Shown: in pieces, positions 35,459 to 43,387 of the stretch | Position numbering within the stretch: position 1 is the stretch's first letter | Layout: each line of letters opens with the position of its first letter | NCBI RefSeq assembly: GCF_006345805.1 | Contig: NW_021835409.1 | Location: forward strand, 1 to 43,387 | Origin: Octopus sinensis | Lineage: Eukaryota | Direction of reading: 5' to 3' | Length of the DNA: 43,387 nt | Made by a program: the position numbers and the translations under genes | Notes under the pieces: generated by a model | Told to the model about the DNA's origin: nothing | The model's database searches: none | What the model saw: the letters and a program-made list of their open reading frames with translations, nothing else

Positions 35459-35629
35459 TTACAGAGTGCACTGAGTGTAACTTACATGTCAGAGAGCTGG
35501 CAGAATCGTTAGCATGCTGGGAAAAATGCTTAGCGATATTTCACCCTAGCATCGATTCCTTTCACTAAAAGCCTATAAGGTGGTGCTCCAGCATGGCCAC
35601 TGTCAAATGACAGAAAAAAAAGAATAAAT

Positions 35630-35895
35630 GAATATATATATACACACATAATACACACATATACTATATTCATATGTACATATACATGCATATACATATA
35701 CACATATATACATGCATATACATATACACATATATACATGCATATACATATATGCATATATGCACATACATATATATACATATATGCACATACATATATA
35801 CACATATATGCACATACATCATCATCATCATCATGATATGCACATGCATATATACACATATATGCACATACATATATATACATATATGCACATGC

Positions 35896-35926
<31 letters not shown>

Positions 35927-36080
35927 ATATACATATATGCACATACATATATATATACATATATGCACATACACATCTATACACATATATGCACATACAC
36001 ATATATACACATGCATATATACATATGCACATAAATATGCATATACATATACACATATATGCATGCATATTATATATATA

Positions 36081-36122
<42 letters not shown>

Positions 36123-36145
36123 GCACACACATGTATACACACACA
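35630..36145. repeat. TA/CA/TGCA compound microsatellite
   Basis: Direct reading. Confidence 0.9.
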
Positions 36146-36658
36146 GATATAGGAAAGAGAGTTTGCCTAGCTAACGACATGCCATTGAATAAGAATCTCA
36201 CAGCTTAAAATATGACATCGAATATATGGATAAACTATTATGAGTTATGAGAATATATGAGAGATAGCAATCAAATATTTTTCAAAAAATGATCAGCTAA
36301 AAACCAGAAAATCTAGCTTGATTATTAAAGAATTATATTGGTTGCGGAATGATAAGGCAATTAGAAGGAAACTGATATTGCTTTCATTTCAGAAACCCAG
36401 TGTGTTTCTGTTGAAGAAAGAACATGATTCTGCCATATCTCGTATCCATTTGTTTCTTTTTTCTGTTCTCTTTATTGCATGACCTGTATATCTATCCGTT
36501 TCTTTATCAATCTATACCTAGAAAGAACAAGATAATTAGTATCTCTTCCTCTTTGTCCTCTGTCGAAGATAACAGTTATTCGTTCACGTACATAGAGATG
36601 GAAACGTAAGAGGTTTGATCTAATGCTCTAGTTCCCTATATAAAAATACGTAAGTGGG

Positions 36659-37246
36659 AAGGCGGCGAGCTGGCAGAAACGTTAGCACGACGGGCGAAAT
36701 GCGTAGCCGTATTTCGTCTGTCGTTACGTTCCGAGTTCAAATTCCGCCGAGGTCGACTTTGCCTTTCATCCTTTCGGGGTCAATAAATTAAGTACCAGTT
36801 AATATATCGACATTAATCTGTTTGTCTGTCCTTGTTTATCCTCTCTGTGTTTAACCCCTTGTGGGTAGTAAAGAAATAGGCATTTCGTCTGCCATTACGT
36901 TCTGAGTTCAAATTCCGTCGAGGTTGACTTTGCCTTTCACCCTTTCAGGGTCAATAAATTAAGTACCAGTTACACACTGGCGTCAATGTAATCGATTTAA
37001 TCCATTTGTCTGTCCTTGTTTGTCCCCTCTGTGTTTAGCCCCTTGTGGGTAGTAAAGAAATAGGCATTTCGTCTGCCATTACGTACTGAGTTCAAATTCC
37101 GCCGAGGTTGACTTTGCCATTCATCCTTTCAGAGTCGATTAAATAAGTACCAGTTATGCACTGGGGTCGATGTAATTGACTTAATCCTTTTGTCTGTCCT
37201 TGTTTGTCCCCTCTATGTTTAGCCCCTTGTGGGCAGTAAAGAAATA
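36659..37246 (+). mobile_element. SINE family A, three-core copy with ~15-bp TSD
   Basis: Head plus three cores; aaatacgtaagtggg (36644) / aaatacgtaagtagg (37252). Confidence 0.93.
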
Positions 37247-37363
37247 TATATAAATACGTAAGTAGGATTTGCTACAGTGTAAATTCATTTGCAATAAATC
37301 TCTGAAAGATGTTGTATATATGCATAATTTACATGTATTTCGCATCATTCTTTTTGTTGGGGG

Positions 37364-37556
37364 CCAGTGGCAGGTAAAAAGCACCCACTACACTCTCGGA
37401 GTGGTTGGCATTAGTAAGGGCATCCAGATGTAGAAACTCTGCCAGATCAAGATTGGGGTCTGGTGCAGCCATCTGGTTCACCAGCCCTCAGTCAAAATCG
37501 TCCAACCCATGCTAGCATGGAAAGCGGACGTTAAACGATGATGATGATGATGATGA
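37364..37556 (+). mobile_element. Family C
   Basis: Diagnostic motifs and (GAT)n tail. Confidence 0.92.
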
Positions 37557-37604
37557 CGTTTGTGTGTTACAAGTTTTTTTAGGAGAAAAACAAACAAACA
37601 AAAC

Positions 37605-37975
37605 TCATCATCATCATCGTTTAACGTCTGTTTTCCATGCTAGCATGGGTTGGACGATTTGACTGCAGTCTGGCAAACTAGATGGCTGCACCAGGCTCCA
37701 ATCTCATCTGGCAGAGTTTCTACAGCTGGATGCCCTTCCTAACGCCAACCAGTCTGAGAGTGTAGTGGGTGCTTTTACGTGCTACCGGCACAAGGGTCAG
37801 TCAGGCGGTACTGGCAACAGCCATGCTCAACTGGTGCTTTTTATGTGCCACCTGCACAGGAGCCAGTCCAGCGGCACTGGCAACGACCTTGCTCGAATGT
37901 TTTGTTCATGTGCCACCAGCACAAGTACCAGTAAGGCGATGCAGGTAACGATCACGCTCGAATGGTGTTTTTTTA
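37605..37975 (-). mobile_element. Family C, tail-to-tail with the preceding copy
   Basis: catcatcatcgtttaacgtc...gtttctacagctggatgcccttcc. Confidence 0.92.
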
Positions 37976-38092
37976 TGTAGAGGAATAGATAGATAGGCAG
38001 ACAGACAGACAGATAGACTCCTTTCTGTATTACTTTACAGTTGCATGTCCAACAGTTATAAACTAACAAATGTGCATGTTTCTCTGTAAATA

Positions 38093-38163
<71 letters not shown>

Positions 38164-38317
38164 AACACTTATATTTATACATACATTTTTATATACATAG
38201 TTACTCAAATATATAAACATATGCATATATACATATGTATACATAACTGCACACATAATTTACAAGCACCCTCACATTCACACACCTACACACTTGCCCA
38301 CCCACTTACCCACCAAC

Positions 38318-38367
<50 letters not shown>

Positions 38368-38669
38368 CCATTTAATGTTTTTACATACTGGAATCAAAGT
38401 TAATGACGTCAGTAGTGAAGACGGTATCATTCTGTTAATCCGTTATTCGTTTATTCTTTCTTATCTGCAAACTGTTGTGCTTGCTCATTACCAAATGAAT
38501 TATCGGCACGAATCACATCGGAAAGATCACAGACTTGCATTACGTGAGTGTGAAACTTTAAGTAATGCACTAATAAGCTATTAGATGTGTAATTACATTA
38601 ACATAAAGTCTACAGAATCTACTCAGGGATAACATCTGGCATTTGTGCACATAAATGTGTGTGTGTGTG

Positions 38670-39214
38670 TCATCATCATTTAACGTCCGTTCTCCATGCT
38701 AGCATGGGTTGGACGGTTCAACCGGGAATCTGGGAAGCCAGAAGGCTGCACCAGGCTCCGGTCTTATCTGGCAACGTTTCTACAGCTGGATGCCCTTCCT
38801 AAAGCCAACCACTCCATGAGTGTAGTGGGTGATGTTTACGTGCCACCTGCACTGGTGCCAGGCGAAGGTAAAGACATATGTATAAATTTAAATATATGTA
38901 TATTCATATTCATATATATGTGGAGGTGCAATGGCCCGGTGGTTATGACAGCGGACTCGCGGTCGGAGGATCGCGGTTTCGATTCCCAGACCAGGCGTTG
39001 TGAGTGTTTATTGAGCGAAAACACCTAAAAGCTCCACGAGACTCTGGCAGGGGGGTGGTGGTGAACCCTGCTGTACTCTTTCGACACAACTTTCTCTCTT
39101 TCTTTGTCTGTTGTGAAATAAGAAGTGTTTTGCTTAAGAACAACTCAGGGAATCGAACCCACAGTCTAGAGATCATGAGTGCAACAGTCTAACCACTAGG
39201 CCACGCACCTTCAC
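38670..39214. mobile_element. Cluster: family C (-, 38670-38865), family D (+, 38920-39105), family E head (-, 39116-39214)
   Basis: Family motifs as above. Confidence 0.8.
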
Positions 39215-39261
39215 TCCTTGATTGACCAGATAAATTACATAACTCAACAGAAATATCCCAC

Positions 39262-39510
39262 GGGCATATGGCATAGTGGTTAAGAGCGTGGGCTACTAAC
39301 CCCAAGATTCCGAGTTCGATTCCAAGCAGTGACCTGAACAAAAATAACAATAATAATAATAACATTGAAAAATACCTTAGGAATGGGAACTCAGATTCGA
39401 AATTTCCCCCAAGACACCTGAAGAAGGCTGGAGGGTATATCAGCCGAAACGTTGTGTTAACAACAAACAAGATGAGGACAAATATCCGTTGAAAGTAAAT
39501 AATATAAATA
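39262..39510 (+). mobile_element. tRNA-like head, (AAT)n linker and hammerhead-like motif (39414-39457): SINE/retrozyme-like or Penelope-related element
   Basis: A-box TGGCATAGTGG at 39269 and B-box GAGTTCGATTC at 39312; acac CTGAAGA a ggctg gagggtatat cagcc GAAA CG TT gtgt. Confidence 0.75.
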
Positions 39511-39819
39511 ATGCAGAAAAGTAGAGTATTCTTTAACACATTATAAATGAAAAGCTCCAGTTTCCAGGACTCCATATTGCTTTGTTTCCAATCATCAGTC
39601 AGTAAATTGATCTTAGTTTCCTTCGCAATATTCATTCTCTGAATTGTCTTTGAAATAAGAAATGAAAGTTTGACAGAAATGCTAATTGTCAGGTTCTTTT
39701 GTTTAAAATCCTTTGTTAACGACAGGTGCAAAAACAGCTGCTTCCAGCTCACATTTTTTATTTCGTATCTGGTTCTCATGGTAATATTATTATAAACAAT
39801 CATTATTATTATTATTATA

Positions 39820-40035
39820 AAAGGCAGTGAGCTGGCAGAATTGTTAGCATACTGGACAAAATACTCAGCAGTATTTCGCCCGTTGCTATGTTCTGAGTTC
39901 AAATTCCACCAAGGTCGACTTTGCCTTTTATCCTTTTGGGGTCAATAAATTAAATACCAATAAAACACTGGGGTCAATGTACGCAACTAGTCCCCTCCTG
40001 CAAAATTTCAGGCCTTCTGCCTATAGCAGAAAGGA
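39820..40035 (+). mobile_element. SINE family A, alternative tail
   Basis: aaggcagtgagctggcagaa...ggtcgactttgcctttta...aaaatttcaggccttctgcct. Confidence 0.85.
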
Positions 40036-40060
40036 TTATGAGCATTATAATCTCTATATA

Positions 40061-40530
40061 GGCACAGGAGTGGCTATGTGGTAAGTAGCTTGCTTACTGA
40101 ACCACATGGTTCCGGGTTCAGTCCTACTGTGTGGCACCTTGGGCAAGTCTTTACTACTATAAGTTCAGGCCGACAAAGCCTTGTGAGTGGATTTGGTAGA
40201 CGGAAACTGAAAGAAGCCCGTCGTATATATAATATATATATATATAATATATATATCTATTATATATATATTATATATATATGTATGTATGTATGTATGT
40301 GTGTGTGTGGCATATGTTTCTGTGTCTGTGTTTGTCCCCCCACAACATCGCTTGACAACGATGCTGGTGTGTTTACGTCCTTGTAACTTAGAGGTTCGGC
40401 AAAAGAGACTGATAGAATAAGTACTAGGCTTACAAAGAATGAGTCTTGGGGGCCGATTTGCTCGAATAAAGGCGGTGCTCCAGCATGGCCACAGTCAAAT
40501 GACTGAAACAAGTAAAAGAGTAAAAGAGTA
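40061..40530 (+). mobile_element. SINE family B, full length with internal (TA)n and GTAAAAGA tail repeats
   Basis: tRNA-like head, internal microsatellite and aagtaaaagagtaaaagag tail. Confidence 0.93.
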
Positions 40531-41077
40531 AATAAGCTTTACATTTGACAGTCTAATCTGAACGCTAAAGGTTTAAGCCTTCACAATAATCAATATAATC
40601 CTGACCAAAAAACCCCACTGGTGCTACATTCATCATAATTAATTCCAATCAAACCTCATCAATCATCAGAAACCTCGTAAACATTTTAGCTGAAATCTGT
40701 CAAGCAATTCATCAAACATAATTTTCTTTAACAAAACAGCCCATATTTATAAAAGACACGTTATCATTTAGTGGCTTTTGACTGCTTTTGATATCCTATT
40801 TGAATAGCAGCCTGCTTTTGGTAGCAGAAACACATGCCCTACATCTTCTATAGCCAAGCGATGTCTTTTTCGCTCGTTTTATCCTTCCCAAGACAATTTC
40901 CAAAAAGATCTTTTAACATTTGAATGTATGTGTATGTATGTACGTAACAGACAGACAGATAGAGGATCAATAGATGTACGTATTTATTATTATATATATT
41001 ATATATATGTGTGGGTGTGTGTGAATAATTGTGTGTATATGAATGAATATATATATATATATATTATATATAATATA

Positions 41078-41473
41078 GGCGCAGGAGTGGCTGTGTGTGT
41101 AGTAGGTGCTTGCTAACCACCACATGGTTCTGGGTTCAGTTCCCACTGCGTGGCATCTTGGGCAAGTGTCTTCTGCTATAGCCCGGGCGACCAATGCCTT
41201 GTGAGTGGATTTGGTAGACGGAAACTGAAAGAAGCCTGTCGTATAATGTATATATATATTATATGTGTGTTGTGGTCGTGTTTTGTACCCCCTAGCATTA
41301 CTTGACAACCGATGCTGGTGTGTTTACGTCCCCGTCACTTAGCGGTTCAGCAAAAGAGACCAATAGAATAATTGGGCTTACAAAGAATAAGTCGCGGGGT
41401 CAATTTGCTGACTAAAGGCGGTGCTCCAGCATGGCCACAGTCAAATGACTGAAACAAATAAAAGAGTAAAAGA

Positions 41474-41475
<2 letters not shown>
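41078..41475 (+). mobile_element. SINE family B, full length
   Basis: As above. Confidence 0.93.
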
Positions 41476-41520
<45 letters not shown>

Positions 41521-41898
41521 AAAATACAGTGTACATTTAAATACATAAGAGATGGCCATAGCAGGCCATCTGACTTGCTAGAAAGAGTAGTTAAACTACA
41601 AACAACTAATAGTTGTAATTCTGAAAGGGAATGAAAAATAAAAACATTTACCCTATTTTTCCTGGACTATGCATAGTTTCAAGCAATCTTTTTGTAAATA
41701 AAATAATTTACAATTGGCGTTGCTCTCTTCAGCAGGAAACCAAGGCTAAAATATACATACAAGGTGATAAAGAACATGCCTTGTGTTTATATGTTATGAT
41801 TTTTCAAAATCCACCACGCACGCACAGTTTTTTTGGCAGCAAAAAGAAACAAGTGCTGATGTTCTTTCAAAATTAGCCAAAAAACCTTTTATCGTTAA

Positions 41899-42105
41899 TT
41901 AATGATGTTGCATTTGCTGCCGAAAAAACTTGCAATCAACAAGAAGGTGAATCTCAATGACCTTTCTGTGTGCGCAGTTTGTGACAGATCATGCCTTTCT
42001 TTTACTGGGCTCAAATCTCATTTCTGGACCCATGATAAATGAACCTCCGCTAACTACTATGCCTGTCTATTTGTGCACACCTTTCAATGCCGTGTATGCC
42101 ATAAT
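41899..42105 (+). mobile_element. 3' end of a second RTE-type LINE with terminal C2H2-like finger
   Basis: 41971-42042 reads CAVCDRSCLSFTGLKSHFWTHDK*, followed by a short 3' UTR ending gccgtgtatgccataataa. Confidence 0.6.
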
Positions 42106-43387
42106 AACGATCTTGATGCATGGATTATAGCCTTTTTATTGCCATCATCGTACTTATGCAAAAGTACGGCTCCTAAACTGTACTCACTTGGATCTGTAGC
42201 CAGTGTAATTTCCAGCTTTGGATCAAAATGTGTCAATGATAGGGCCATCCGATCGTGGCCGTTGCCAGCCTCGCCTGGCCCCCATGCCGGTGGCACGTAA
42301 AAAACACCATCCGTCTGTGGCTGTTTGCCAGCTCTGTCTGGCAACTGTGCAGGTGGCACGTAAAAAGCACCCACTACACTCACGGAGTGGTTGGCATTAG
42401 GAAGGGCATCCAACCGTAGAAACACTGCCAGATCAGACTGGGCATGGTGCAACCTTCTGGCTTCACAGACCCCAGTTGAACCGTCTAACCCATGCTAGCA
42501 TGGAAAGCGGACGCTAAATGATGATGATGATGATAGGTCCAAAGTTAAAATACTTTGCAATTCATCGAATGCCTTCTGGCATTTATCCATCCAGTGCCAT
42601 TCTGTATTCTTTTTCAACTGATCATTAAGTATTACATCGTTAAGTGGGGCCCTTACATCATGTATGTTTGGAACGTAGATTTGGTAATAATTTACCAAAC
42701 CCAAAAATGCCCGCAGCACAGTTACATTTTTCAGTGTCGGCATATTCATTCTTTACTGTTGTTGCCTTTGATAGCTCCAGTTTTCTACCATTTTTGTCAA
42801 TTACTTGTCCTAAGTATTTCATTTTACTCAACAAGAACTCACATTTTGCCCTCTGTTAACTTGAACTCATATTCACCAATTTTCTGGCATAAATTCGTCC
42901 ACCTTTAACTTCTCGCATTCCCTGGTTTGCTCTACCAGCATATGTGATGTAGCCCTCGTCACTGTTTTTGTCTATGTTCAGACACTCCTGATGTATGTTG
43001 AACAATGAGCTTTTTCCATTGAAAATTTTACACAATATATCTGTTGTATCATTAAAATTTATGTCCGAAGGTTTTCTTGGGAGTACATAATTACTCTATA
43101 GTTCATGTTCTGTTGCCACCAGTTTTCTCAAGATTAAGCATATTTTCATCTCATCGTCCCAATCTTTATAATCTTTCTTGAAGATTTGCTCATATCTTCT
43201 GTAGTATGCTTCGAAGATAACTCCTTTATCAGGTTCATATTTGAACTCTGTAATGGAGTTCTCTGTGGAGAAACAATTTTTTCTGAATTTCCTGACGACT
43301 TCATTAATTGCAGCATTTGTTGCCGTGATAGTAATTGTTGTGTTTTTCTTCTTTCAGTTGTTGTTGTTGCTGTTTTGCAACCCAAGC
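42102..43387 (-). pseudogene. Ty3/gypsy (K02A2.6-like) LTR-retrotransposon remnant: gag fused by deletion to RT C-terminus/RNase H; runs off the window edge
   Basis: gag-like NSITEFKYEPDKGVIFEAYYRRYEQIF..W..LRKL..SLFN..ECEKLK. pol-like KCEFLLSKMKYLGQVIDKNG, LRAFLGLVNYY, W.DKCQKAFDELQSIL, LTHFDPKLEITLATDPSEYSLGAVL and ASRSLL. Confidence 0.9.
42244..42529 (+). mobile_element. Family C inserted into the gypsy pol with 8-bp TSD
   Basis: atgatagg at 42236-42243 and 42530-42537. Removing the insert restores ILTLDLSLTHFDP. Confidence 0.92.

Noticed and set aside
36555-36615. CTGTCGA...GAAACGTA hammerhead-like spacing
   Set aside because: Stem I has only 2 bp and no stem II can be drawn.
196-38584. 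Numerous ORF-track entries rich in YI/HT/CV/poly-F/poly-D/poly-I
   Set aside because: They are translations of di- and trinucleotide microsatellites, open on several frames and both strands, with no domain content.
33837-39334. tRNA genes at the SINE heads (families D, E and the 39262 element)
   Set aside because: A/B boxes are present but acceptor stems do not close properly, and each runs into repeat body sequence, so they are treated as SINE heads.
39189-39902. 237-aa minus-strand ORF
   Set aside because: Stitched from antisense SINE A, an (ATT)n run and the antisense tRNA/hammerhead element; no protein family recognisable.

Overview
Repeat-saturated, AT-rich eukaryotic DNA with no intact protein-coding gene that I can support. 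It is most likely an Octopus/coleoid cephalopod intron or intergenic region (inferred from the SINE families and microsatellite load, not from a database search). Contents: long TA/CA/GAA/GAT microsatellites; several tRNA-headed SINE families (labelled A, B, D, E here); many 5'-truncated 3' ends of an RTE-clade LINE with (GAT)n tails (family C); decayed Tc1/mariner transposases, including a scrambled two-subfamily chimera at 13.7-15.2 kb; piggyBac- and hAT-type MITEs; and a deleted Ty3/gypsy remnant at the right edge. The most notable signal is at least seven hammerhead-ribozyme-like motifs in four or five unrelated repeat contexts. They include one just downstream of a tRNA-like Pol III promoter (39262-39457), one with a branched stem II (22141-22226), and a mirror pair inside a near-perfect 337-bp palindrome (29454-29790). 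A CpG-rich patch at ~10.5 kb may be a promoter or first exon. Family labels are mine, and most element boundaries are approximate, set by eye.
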